Shown here piece by piece: positions 12,601-29,700 of a stretch of 64,000 bases of DNA (the first letter of the stretch is position 1; every line of letters begins with the position of its first letter). The position numbers and the translations under genes were made by a program. The notes beneath the pieces were generated by a model that did no database searches, had not been told where the DNA came from, and saw nothing but the letters and a program-made list of their open reading frames with translations. The stretch is from Lama glama (lineage: Eukaryota): NCBI GenBank assembly GCA_028534125.1, contig CM052823.1, positions 69,254,001 through 69,318,000 on the forward strand, in the 5' to 3' direction.

Positions 12601-13883
12601 TCTCCTGTCTCTGTTGGCCACTCTCTGGCTCCATCCCATTTTTGTGTGTCCAGCCTCTGGCGTCTTTCGTCCTGTCTGTTCCTGTCTGAGTCCATAAGTC
12701 ACACCCCTGATGGTGAGACACTCCTGCCAACCTTCATGAGCTCCCTGTGGCCCACTTGCCCCTTCAGTGCCTTTTAGCCCCTGGGACTGGGACTGGCCCT
12801 TTCCTCTTGACCTTGTTTTCTGTGTGGTGTTCGGAGGGTGTTGGGAAGGAAGGAGGCAAGAGGAAGGGACTGAGTGCAGGTGATGCTGGGGGTGGGGGTA
12901 GGCCTTTTTCACTCTGAGTGGCCCCTGGGTGGGGAGGACTGAAAGGGCAGCTTTGCCAGGCCTTACTGAGCTGTATCTGTCCTTCCCAGAACCAGCCATG
13001 AGCCTGGAGCAATGCGAACAACTTGTGGCAGAGCTCCAGGGCAGCGTGCGCCAGGCCGTGCGGCTCTACCACTTGGTACGTGTCAGGTACCCGCGGGCAG
13101 AAGGAAAAAGCATGTCGGTAGTGCGAGCTGAGTTTCCAGAACGTAATGATAAGGCTCTTGCATTGACGGGTGGGTGGTGCAATTAAGAACATTCTGAGGA
13201 GGCGAGTGGGTTAGAGGTCAGGGCTCTTAAACTGAGCACATTGGTCATTTCTGGCTAAGAGCTGGAGATATCCTCAGACAGGAGGGTGGGGTGTAGAGAG
13301 CCCACGTGTCCTAGTTTGCTCAGAACCATCCCAGCTTATGTCTGTTGTCTCAGTGTAATTATTATTCAAAAATGATTTGGCTATAGACGTAGGGGACAGT
13401 CCAGCAGAGGCCGAGAGTTGAAGAGGAATTGATGACAAGATGTAGATGGTGCCATAATCTGATGGTCACCCCCAGGGTCTGCCGCCATCCCCTGGCCTCT
13501 GGTCATACCCGCTGATCTTGGGAGCATGGAGCTCTCAGCCATGCCCACCAGGGCATGTGGCCCCTTCTTCCAGGGCAGGCTAGACCCAGTGGGGCCTCTC
13601 CCTTTTATGCAGTCCTCCGCTGTTCCTCCAGCTCATTTCTGGGCTCCTGTTGCAGGTGTCCAGCTGCAAGACACCCTCAGTGGAGCAAAGTCGCATCACC
13701 CAGCTCCTCAGAAACACCTTCTCTTCAGTGCGGCAGGAGCTTGACATCCTGGCTGGGGCCGCAGTGTCCAGCCCAGGCGGGAGCCCTGGGGCAGTGGGGG
13801 CTGAGCAGACACAGGCCCTGCTAGAGCAATACTCAGAGCTGCTGCTTCGAGCCGTGGAGCGGCGCATGGAACGCAGACTCTGA
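601..13883 (+). CDS. MAPKBP1: MAPK-binding protein 1 (JNKBP1/WDR62 family, WD40 repeats plus C-terminal helical dimerisation domain); 5' exons lie upstream of the window
   Basis: Phase-consistent exons: 601-771, 1157-1294, 1552-1734, 1976-1993 (microexon), 2319-2479, [gap]-3446, 4021-4167, 4368-4543, 5296-5387, 5656-5781, 6146-6216, 6390-6511, 6774-6849, 6963-7074, 7238-7301, 7559-7693, 7899-8029, 8222-8277, 9358-9594, 10045-10211 (GC donor), 10447-10592, 10711-10908, 11074-11158, 11458-11741, 11961-12557 (spans gap), 12990-13075, 13656-13883 (TGA). WD40 peptides [38 protein letters not shown]; C-terminus [21 protein letters not shown]. Confidence 0.97.
1976..1993 (+). CDS. MAPKBP1: 18-nt in-frame cassette microexon of MAPKBP1 (NTDSFT)
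   Basis: Long pyrimidine tract, ctcag|AAC ACA GAC AGC TTC ACA|gtaagt; flanking exons are both phase 0. Confidence 0.85.
2572..3112 (-). mobile_element. Old ERV-class solo LTR (MER-type, exact family uncertain)
   Basis: Reverse strand starts TGAGAGGAAAAAGCTGCCTCTGACAGC and contains acaaaaacaagaccactc and ctaacacaagcccaaat, recalled LTR consensus motifs; about 540 bp. Confidence 0.55.
3240..3435. other. Assembly gap (196 N) covering most of a MAPKBP1 exon
   Basis: Sequence resumes GG AGT GTG GAG|gtaggt (WSVE plus donor). Confidence 0.95.
3685..3850 (+). mobile_element. MIR SINE
   Basis: ttggacaagttattgaacct ... cctcatttc ... gtaaaatg ... aattaaatga core. Confidence 0.7.
4660..5200 (+). mobile_element. 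Ancient L1 3' end (L1MC-like)
   Basis: A-rich; gatattcttgccaaaaatg, gatgttaacattagggaaagctggg, ttgcaacttttct, ending aataaag. Confidence 0.7.
9075..9310 (+). mobile_element. MIR SINE, near full length
   Basis: ctctggagccagactgc ... aagttacttaa ... cagttttcccatctgtaaa ... ggttgtgaggattaaatgag ... cctggcacacagtaa. Confidence 0.85.
12060..12231. other. Assembly gap (172 N) inside a MAPKBP1 exon
   Basis: Reading frame is the same on both sides (SRP ... PLPDRP). Confidence 0.95.
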
Positions 13884-14037
13884 GTTCCAGAAGCCTGTCC
13901 CAAGTGAATGCTCCCCCTCTTCCAAACTGTAGCCCTTCTTCCATTCACCAAAACCTGTGGGGATGCTTGGAGTGGACAGCAGGGATCAGTGCTCAGAGGG
14001 GAAGCAGCTTTCCCAGCTGCTCCTCATGGGACCCCTG

Positions 14038-14054
14038 TATTTATTAATTTATTT
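14038..14054 (+). promoter_or_regulatory. AU-rich element candidate in the MAPKBP1 3' UTR
   Basis: tatttattaatttattt has two ATTTA pentamers in an otherwise GC-rich UTR, about 155 nt after the stop. Confidence 0.4.
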
Positions 14055-14837
14055 CCCTGACTGTTGCCTCACTTTCTTGGAACTCCTGTCTCCACAGCCC
14101 TTCAAGTGGCTCATGCAGGGGTAGGTCTTGGGTGTCTTCGTCATCTTGGTGCTGTGAGGAGTAGGAGGGCAGCATGCCCCATCTAGGGGAGAAGCTAGCC
14201 CTCTCTTCTTAGAAGCCATTTGAAATTACTGCAGGGATCAGCTCCCTGGAGTGGAGCACACACAGGGTATTCAGTGGGGTAGAGGTGAGAGGTGATCTGG
14301 TATCCATGCCCTTTAGCCAACAGCGGAGCTTTACCTCTACCTCCACTTCCCCTCCCACACCAGCTGCACTGCCCTGGCTGCCAGAGCAGGGGTTATCTGT
14401 TTCCCCCACTTCTTGGCAGTTCAGAAAGGCAGAGCCCTCTGGCCCTCCAGGGCACTCCCAGCCATCAGGAGGCTTGAGTTGGTATCAAGGCCTGAGCCCC
14501 CACATTCCACTCCCATTCCCCCTCCAAGAGGGCCCTAGCATTGTCTCTTCCTGTGCCCCCCTCTCTCTCCTGGCCGGAACTTGTGGAGCCAGCTGTGGGA
14601 CATTGCTGCAGGACAGTAAAGCCCTCTGCTGGGCATACATGAAGCCCTGGCCTCCTTTCCTCAGCTCCTTGACCTTCCCTGTCCTCCAGCCCTGGTCCCC
14701 AGCAGGTTGCTGGAGGCCATCTTCTCCCTGCATCCTGAGTGATGCCTAGTCAGAAGCCTGTGTTGGAACTTCCCTCATGGTTTACAGGGCGCTAGCCCAC
14801 CTTCTAAGGACCTTGGTCACAGATGAAATCTATATAG

Positions 14838-14879
14838 ATGCACGCGCACACGCGCGCGCACACACACACACGTACGTAC
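14838..14879. repeat. Compound (CG)/(CA) alternating purine-pyrimidine microsatellite
   Basis: atgcacgcgcacacgcgcgcgcacacacacacacgtacgtac. Confidence 0.85.
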
Positions 14880-16025
14880 CTACGTTGATGCTGGCTGATG
14901 TGTGCCTGGTTTCCTCTCATGGCCTGCCCTAGCTTTACCACCTTGCTACTATCAAAGAACGTGAAAGGGGATGGAACACACTAAACCTGAATTCTGGATT
15001 CTTGGTGTCTGCAGCCTAGCGGAGATGGCCCATAGTTTATCTGGTTTGAGTAGAAGGAGCCTCCTCAGAGGCAGTGCTGGACACCCAGGGGTGCTCTGGA
15101 TACTGGAGGTTGAAGAGAGGGAGGTGCATGGGACTGCAGCAGGGGTCAAGAGACACACTGGAGAGGTGGTAGGTGGGACAGGTAAGTGGTAGAGGTAAGG
15201 AGATAGATGATAATTAGAAGGGCAGTTTTAGAGGTGAGGAGATAGGGCACAGTGGGCAAGTAGAGTAGGACCAAGTAGTGAAGCGAAGAGTTGGGGTAAA
15301 GAATATGTGTCTCTGGGCCCCACTGCTTCCCTCTGTCTCAGGTAAGTCAGGGCAGCTCTGCCACAGCTCTAGGCCACTAAAGCCCATCTTCCCATGGACA
15401 GGCCTTTGGGCCCTGCTGGCTTTACTGGTGGAGGCTTAGAAAGAAATTGGATTCTGAAGGGTGCCAGCTCTGTTGCATCAGTCTGAATGCACCTGAACAG
15501 ATGAAACTTATTTCACGCTCACTTTCTCTGTTATCACCACCTGCGTCACCAAGCCGCAAAGAATCCTGGCCCAGGAACTCTCACAGCTGAGGGTGGATAC
15601 CCGGCAGGGCTGCAGCTGCCCGGGTCAGATTAGAAATCCACTCACAGGGTACGCCTAACCAGCACACCAGCCACAGTCCACCCTAAATGAGCTCAGGCCT
15701 GGCCCTCTGGGTTCTTCACCATCCTCAGCTAGTCTGTCCCTCATAGAAGGAGCTACACTCCTGCCAAGGTTTGTGAGAAGGTGGCCGCCCTTTCCCTACC
15801 CCAAGCCCAGCGTGGGGGAGGTCTTGCGCCCGTTCCCTTCTGCATGTCTGAGGCCACCGGCAACTGCCGCCCCCGTTGAGATTTGCCCTGACCCAGTTTT
15901 GAAAGACCCTTATTTATAACTTTTATACTTTGTCCAGGCCTTGGCCCTTCCCTCCTCCCCAGGTCTCATGGGGCAGAGGCTGTTTTTTTTTAACATGTTC
16001 GTTTGTATTGATGTATGAACTCGTC

Positions 16026-16031
16026 AATAAA
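16026..16031 (+). terminator. MAPKBP1 polyadenylation signal AATAAA
   Basis: First AATAAA I found after the stop (about 2.1 kb UTR); preceded by U-rich sequence and two TGTA motifs (about 16004-16015). Confidence 0.75.
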
Positions 16032-16307
16032 CACAATCATTTGCTAATTCTGGGATGCCCTGGAGTGAGCAGGCGAGAGAAGGCACGGTTTCTAGCTCGC
16101 CGCTTGGATTCAGAATCTGTCGTCATGTCGGGGCGGGGGAGGAGGCTGCTAAAGTCAGCGGTAGGAGGAGCACAAGGTGTAGGGGAGGGCTGGGAGCCTG
16201 GCGGGCTGCAGGACCGAGCCCTGGAGCGAGGCCGCGGGGAGGGCGGGGCTTCGGGGCCGGGGCGGGGTCTCAAGGAGGGAGGGGCGGGGCCTCGGGGCGG
16301 CGGCATC

Positions 16308-22238
<5,931 letters not shown>

Positions 22239-22504
22239 CAAAGCCCTGGTGAACGTCACCAAGACAACTCGTGGAAAAGGTCGTGCCTGTCCCAGGCTGG
22301 GTCAACTCTAGAGGCAACTTGGAGTCAGAGCTGCTGGCTGCTGGCCCTGCTGGGCTTAGGGTCAGCTTTGGAGGCTGGGGAGGCGGTCTGGAGGACCAGG
22401 AGGTGCCAGGCAGGTCTGGGCTCCCTGGGAGTTGGCGCATGGGTCAGCAGCCTGTGCTGGAGGGGGAACGGGGCTCCAGGTGCAGCCTCGTCTCGCGCCA
22501 GCGC

Positions 22505-22660
22505 CATGACCTTGGGCGAGTTACTGCTTCAGAGCACTGGTGTCCTGTCTGTAAAATGGAGATAATGACGGTTCCTACCTCACGGGTGTTGAAGATGATA
22601 TCTGTAAGGATGACACAGGTCTGGCACAGGGGAGGTATTCAATAAAAGGCAGCTGTGATT
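22505..22660 (+). mobile_element. MIR SINE in the JMJD7 3' UTR
   Basis: gaccttgggcgagttact ... tctgtaaaatggagataat ... cctacctcac ... ctggcacag ... tcaataaa. Confidence 0.8.
22641..22646 (+). terminator. JMJD7 polyadenylation signal AATAAA, within a MIR tail
   Basis: Only AATAAA I found between the JMJD7 stop (22238) and PLA2G4B exon 1. Confidence 0.75.
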
Positions 22661-23680
22661 CACTAGTGCTCAGACTCCCTCGCAGTTGCCTGCTGTGGTC
22701 TGGTGAGGGCTGGAAGGTTTAGGTGACCTTGGTTGGGGTGAGGGCTGGGTCTAGGCTGGGGCCTGAGGACCTCTCTGCTGCCAAGACCCCTCTATCCAGG
22801 ACGGCCGTTGCAGCACCCCTGGGCAGGCCGGCCTCAGGCCTGTAACTCTGGCGTGGAACTCATTGACGCAGGGCCCGTAAAGCTCTTCCTAGCTTTGCTC
22901 TGGCCTTGCTTGCTCTCCTCCGGCTGGGGCCTGGTGCCCCGAGAGTCACCCTTTTCTCTCTCACAACAAGCACAGGAAGAAGGGGACAGAACCCTCCTGA
23001 GGCTGCTCCCCAGATGAAGGAGTGGGTTTCTACACTCAGACTCCCGCCCTGCCCCACCCTGGCCCTGGAGACGGAGGAGCCCCCTTGCCCAGGAGCCAAC
23101 CCAGAGGCCTCCTCCCCAGCCACCCAGCTCCAAGGTGGAGGCAGCCTGGCATGCGGCTTTCAAGGGCTGTTTCCTGGAACAAGCCGCAGCCCTGCCAGGT
23201 TGTGCTGGGGCTTGGGGCGCTCCTCAGATTGGCCAAGCACTTCAGTCGGGACTGGGCGGTTCAGTCACCCTGGCACCAGGCGGTTGCGAAAGGCCCTATG
23301 CTGGGGGACACAGCTCTTAGATTTGCTGCTGCTGCTCCGGGGCCCATTCCCTGCTTCCTAGACCTCAGCAGCCCCTCCAGGGACCCCTCCAGTCTCGCGC
23401 GCAGCCTTTGACATTGAGGTCTCCTGGGGGCCCCTCTAGGTCCAGGCAGGGAGAGCAGGGCCGGGTGGGTAGGTTAGACCGAGATGGTGATGGCTGGAGA
23501 GAATATCTTCCCGTGTGTTGAGCCCCCATCGTGAGGGTGTCAGTGACTCCATGTATGTTTAAGGTGTCTCATTTCCCAGACAGGTGGTTGGTCCGGGTGT
23601 GGGTGTGGGGCTTGGCTGGAGCGGAGGTGGCTGGGAGGAACAGGGAGGAGCTTGGGACTAGCTGGGACATCCCTGGCTCT

Positions 23681-23692
23681 GGGTTAAAAAGC
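23681..23692 (+). promoter_or_regulatory. TATA-like element of the PLA2G4B internal promoter
   Basis: gggTTAAAAAgc, an isolated AT-rich patch about 70 nt upstream of ATG 23753. Confidence 0.45.
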
Positions 23693-23752
23693 TGACAGTC
23701 CTCAGTCCTGCAGGCACAGCCCGTCATTCTTGCCTCCCGAGGACTCCACCCC

Positions 23753-26700
23753 ATGGCTCTGGTAAGATATGGTTGGGCACTGGTCCCTCTGGGGCCGGCT
23801 TAATGCTGTTTTTTAAGGGAGTCGTGAGCTTCTCCAGGCGTTTGCTGGCCTTGGACCAGGGATGGGAGCAGAAGCCCGGGAAGGGGCAGGGTCTTGGGAT
23901 GAAGGGTCATCCTGAGTTCTTTCTGCCCTAGAGATGGACTCTAGGCAGAGCTCCCTGGCACCGTGGACTTGGACCCTGAGAACTCAGGCTCCCAGCTGCT
24001 GTCCTGGGGCCCCAGAGGAAGTGGCTGCTCCAGTGTTCCTTGTGACTCAGTTGCTTCGGGTGTTGGGGCCCCAGGGCTGACACTGATGGATGAGCTTCCC
24101 CAGCTCTGCCCCTGGACTCCATCTGTCAGAGCCCTTCTGAGGCAGGGCCGAAGGCCAAAAGGAAGAATTGGTTGGCGCAGGGTCTACATCCCCATACCCA
24201 GAGTCGTGGGTTTGGATGGGGTCACCTGGGGACTATCTTTAGCCTGAACTTGTAGGACCTGGAAGATGGGACAACCTGTGGGTGATCTGAACTGGTAACT
24301 GCCATCCTAGCCTAGCGGAGAGCCCTTTCCAGAACTGTCCCCGGGCCAGGGGTGGAGAGCACAGAAAGCAGCTCAACCAGGGGCCCTGACGTACCTCTCC
24401 GTCTGCCTCTGTAGCCTTATGTCCACACCCCTCCACCACACTGGGACCCCCCGCCACCCAAGACCAGCCTCAAGGCTGCTTAGAAAAAGGGAGCCGGGGA
24501 CGTGGAATGGCAAGAGTGAGGATACCATACCAGGAACTGGAAGCAGGGAGGTGTCGGGTGAGAGCTCCAGTCAAGCTAGCCCGGTCCAGTCCTGGCCCTG
24601 GACCTCAGGGAAGCAACGACTTCGCCTTTCTGTGCCTCTCTTTCCTTGTGGGGTTGGTCATGATAAGTAGTCCCCACGCATAGGGTGGTTGTGTGATTAA
24701 ACTGAATTACTTTACATAAAGCCCTGGACCAGAGGTGGCCCGGAGTGTTGTGTAAGTGTCGACAGGCGTCATTAGGAGGTACTGTGGCCTCATTTTGGCT
24801 CACAGCTGGTGGGTGGAGGACAGGCCTTTGGCTGGGCAGGGCAGGTCCTTTGATTCGGGATTAGGCCTCAGGGTGTCACCCCAGCCTCCCCTGGGCCCTT
24901 GTTGCTTTGGGGCCCATCAACCTGCAGTAAGCCGGTTTCTCCCTCCCTCCCTCTGCAGGCAAAGGTACCCGGGACATGCTTGCTCACCATTCGTGTCCTG
25001 CAGGCCCGTGGCCTGCCCTCCAAAGACTTAGGTGAGTGCTGGGTCCAGGGTGGGCAGTGGTTCTGCAGTGGGAAATGGAGTGGGGCAGGGCAGTGGGAAG
25101 AGGCGTCAGTAGGGCTGGGTGTGCAGGGGGTTCTTGGGGAGGGTGCTGAGAGAAGGTACCAGGTGGATCGTTGAGGTGGGGCCTGCACCTCCTGCCCCTA
25201 ACCCAGCACCATTCTGTGGGTCTCTAGGTCCCCTGCTGGAAGAACATGGGCTCCGGGCAGCTGGACTGGGAAGGGCTCTTGGCCCTCACTGGGCACTTGT
25301 TCTTCTATCCCACAGTGACCCCCTCTGACTGCTATGTAACTCTGTGGCTGCCCACAGCCTCCAGCCACCAGCTTCAGACACGCACGGTCAAGAACAGTAG
25401 AAATCCCATCTGGAATCAGAGCTTTCACTTCCGAATCCACAGCCAGCTCAAGGTGGGCGGGTGTCAGCCCTGCCCCTGCTCGCTGTCCCTGTCCACCCAC
25501 TGCCACCATCCCCTCCCAGCCCCTTGTCCCCTGCCCCACCCCTCCTTCCTGCAGCGCCTTCACTCTGTTCCCCTTTCAGAACATTGTGCAACTCAAAGTC
25601 TTCGACCAGGACCTCCTGACCAAGGATGACACCCTGTTGTCAGTGCTGTTTGACGTGGGGACTTTGCAGACGGGAGAGTCCCGGCACGAGACTTTCTCAC
25701 TGAACCCTCAGGTAAGGCTGTGCGCAGGGCGGCAGGGGCCTAGGCCCTGGGAAGGGGGTGCTTTGGTGGGTAGCCAGGAACATGGCTTCTTTCTCCAATG
25801 AGTGGCCCAGGCTTCCCTGGCATCCCAGAGGCCTCTGTCAGCCAAGAGCTACTGTCCACCAGAGAGCAGTCCTATCCTCATTGTTTTTCTTGGTCCCTCT
25901 TTGTAACTTGCTGCTTTCTCTCTCCAGGGCAAGGAGCAGCTGGAAGTTGAATTTCGGCTTCAGAGTCTGTGAGTTGGGCCAAGGGGCGGTTCCTGTGTGG
26001 GAGGGATTCCAGCGCACGCAGAGCTGACACCCTTCCTGGGAGGCACCAGGGTGGAGGAAAGCCCAGGCCTCCTTGGAGGGTGAGAACCTGAGAACCTGGA
26101 CTCTTCCTAAGGGTCAGTGGGGGCTCTTTCCAGGACAGACTGTGAGCAGCTGGTCAGCAACGGCATCCTGGTGGTGAGTCTAGAACCCTCCCTCTTGCCA
26201 TCCTCTCACCGTCCTCCCCGGGCCTGAACTTTGTGCCCCACCATGGGGCTCAGGGGTAGAGCTGAGTGGGGGGCCCTGGGATTTCAGTTCAAAGGGATAC
26301 AACCCCAGCCTCATGATTGGTGACTCAGGGCCAAGGTAATAATATGCCGAGGAGCAAGACCCAGGGTCCTGGAAGGGTGGGGTCTCCAATAGGAGAGGGG
26401 CTCGAGTCTGAGGGGCTCTCTTCATGCCCCAGGCCCGGGAGCTCTCCTGCTTGCATGTTCGACTGGAGAAGGCAGGGGATCAGAAGGGTGAGTCCCCCAC
26501 CCTCTTCTTCTCCTTTCCAAGGGGACCCTGGAGGGAGGGGGCCTTGTACTAGCTGCCCTCAGCTCTCAGGCAGGAGCAGGGGTTGGAGGGAAAATCCACA
26601 CCAGGGCTTTTCCCCGTAGTCCTCAGAGGGACTGTGGTGAGGGCTCCATCTTCCAGCCTAGGTCTGGGCCAGACCTCCATCGCAGTAGAGATGGCCCCTT

Positions 26701-29700
26701 AGGTAAGACAGGGGCCTCTGTGGGGGCTCCCATTCCTAGCCTCTCTGCTCTGGTTCCTGTTTCCAGAGTCAGAGGGCAGAGTTCATCTGGTGCTTCCTGG
26801 GTCCCGTGAAGGTCCGCAGGAGGCCTCGGTGGAAGCCGGCTCCTTCTGCTTCCATTGCCCGGCCTGCTGGGAGCAGGAGCTGAGTGTTTACCTGCAGGTA
26901 GTGCACGGCTTCCTCCTGGGTGCCGGAGCTGCAGGGCCCCTCCGCCTCCTTCCCAGCGCCTCCTGCCAGCCTGTCCCTCTGCTCACCCTGAGCCCCACCC
27001 CCCATCAGAGTCAGGCACCTGGGAAGTGTGGAGTCGACCTGTCTCCTGTCCCCCTTCCTATTGCTTTTCTGTCACTCCCAGGGGCCGTTGGTGAGGTCCC
27101 TGCTGGAACGGAGGGGTGGAGATTCTTAGGTCTTCTTTCATCCTCCCTGCAGGACGCCCCCCAAGAGCGTCTGAAGGTGCCCTTGAGGGCCCTGCCCTCT
27201 GGCCAAGTGGTGAGACTCGTCTTCCCTACGTCCCAGGTACTGGTCACCCAGAGAAAGAAAGACAGATGCACGGGCAAGGCTGGGCCCAGGCCCCAGGCCT
27301 TGAAGGGCTGGCCTGCTTCTCTAGCAGCTTCTGTCCTCAGGCCCTGACCTGGACAAGTGCTGGGCCAGACTCTGGGGAGGGGGTCCTCTGAGCATCCCTG
27401 CCCTCGGGCCTCAGACCTGGCCCCTGTGGAGATGGCTGGGGCCCAAGGGAACATGGGGAAGTCCTGGGACATGGCTTGGGTTGGGATGAGGGAACAGAGT
27501 GGCCAATCTTTGTGACTGGAGTGTTCATGGTTTTCAGGAGCCCCTGATGAGGGTGGAGCTGAAAAAAGAAGAAGGGTGAGATGCTGGCTGGGCCCTGGGG
27601 AAGGTCACGGGGGACAGCAGCCAGGGCATTCAGCCTGGAGGAGCGAGGGGGATGGGCTGACTCCTAGCAGAGATGCTCAGGGGTTGCTCCCAGGGTGAGG
27701 CATGAGGTGTGGGAGCCTCAGCAGATGAAAGCTCTTTTTGTCAACTTTTCACATGCGTTTTTGAAGCAGTCAGAGGGGTGTGTGTCTCGTCCTGTGCCTG
27801 GCACTTAGGAGGCACTTGCTAAATGTTTGGCTGGAAGAACAGGTGAAGGTGGGAGAGTGGTGAGAGGCAGACGGCAGGAAGCTGAGAGGTGCTCAGTCAA
27901 GGCCCTTCGGGAGGCAGTTGTGGACGGGCCTCTGCTAACCTTCAGGAGACAAGAGGAGCCGCCCACACGGGCCCTCCGCATGCCCGGGAGGCTAGCTTCC
28001 CACCATGAAGTGGTGGGAGCCCTGTTCCCCACCCACTTTGAAGTCATTTTTGGGTGGGTGACACACAACAGCTGAGAGGTGGAAGTGGATCAATGGTGTT
28101 GGGTCCCATCCAGGGGCCTCTGGTCACCACTCCTGGTCCTGTGCACCTGTTGTGCTGCAGTGCCCAAGGGTGTCCCCACAAGGGTCTGGGTTCACCTTCT
28201 CCCATCATCCACACACGTCACACTTCAGTCAGGGCACAGGAGCAGGGCTGAGAGTTGGGAAGAGGAGGGAGAGAAGGATGGTGGTGGGCCTTTCCGGGGA
28301 GGCAGGCCCAGCTTCCCCTTCTCTGACGAGGCCGGGAGCTGCCTCACGGTCCCTTCCTTCCCACCCAGACCGAGGGAGCTGGCCGTGCGGCTGGGCTGTG
28401 AGCCCTGCGCCGAGGAGCGGGCCTTCCTGAGCAGGAGGCGGCAGGTGGTGGCCAGGGCCCTGAAGCAGGCCCTGCAGCTGGATGGAGACCTGCAGGAGGA
28501 TGAGGTCTGGGGACTGGGCTGGATTGGGTGGGCGTCCCCCAGTTCAGTGCTGGATGCTGGGACCGGTTGTTCCCTAACCGGACCAGAGCCGGTGCCGAGC
28601 CAGGCTTGAGCCCTGCTCTGCTTCCTGCTCACGTGCTGTTGTCAGGAGCTTGACGGCATCAAATGCAGAGCGTTACATGAGGCACCTGCAGCTTTCAAGC
28701 TGCCTCGCTGGGCTAGCTTTTCTTCTCATTGTTTCTTGATTCCTGGCCTGGTCCAGATTTTGAGACTAGGCCCAGTCTGATGGATCAGTGAGACATACAG
28801 CCTGAGGGCCACCGGCTGGTCCAGGGCAGTCCCTGGAGGTTTGGATCGACCTGGTGCATCTCCTAAGGAAATGACCTCTCCTTGCGAGAGGGAGAGGGGT
28901 GGCCATGTGGGGGACCTGGGGGCCCAGGGGCTTCAAGAAAGCAACCACCAAACTCCTCAGGGGCTGGAGGTGAGGAGATGAGGACTGGAACTTGTCCGTT
29001 CTTCCTGGAGTTCTTAAAACCAGACAGGCCTTACCCTCGCAAGGTTACTTTTGACTAGACCCTTCTTAGGAGGCCTGACTAGAACTGGTCCCAAAAGCCG
29101 TGATCAGATCTTGACCAGCCTTAGCTATGGGTGAGCTGAGTCGCCTCTTGGCTTGCTACCTCCTCTCCTGTGGCATGGCCTTCCGTCTTCCTAAGGCCTC
29201 TCTGAGCCTGGCTGTTCTCTCTTCCAGATCCCAGTGGTAGCTGTTATGGCCACTGGTGGTGGAATCCGGGCCATGACCTCCCTGTATGGGCAGCTGGCCG
29301 GCCTGAAGGAGCTGGGCCTCTTGGATTGCATCTCCTACATCACAGGGGCCTCTGGCTCCACCTGGTGAGCTGGCAGCAGGTCGAGTGCTGGAACCTGGGG
29401 GTGGCTAATTGGGTCTTGGCAGGAGGGTGTGGTGGTACGGCTCTCCTAGACTCCACAGGCCTCCCTGACCAACTTGGAAGGGCTGGGAGAATGCACGTGC
29501 CAGAGAGAAACGTGTTCAAGTGGACCCGGGCCCCTGGATGGTGCTTGTCAGACTCTTGTCCTAGGGTACAGAGCCCAAGGCCTATGACGGGGCCCTTGAG
29601 TGATGATCCCTCTGGCTTTGGCTTTTCCCAGGGCTTTGGCTAGCCTCTACGAGGACCCAGAGTGGTCTCAGAAGGACCTGGCAGGGCCCATTGAGTCACT

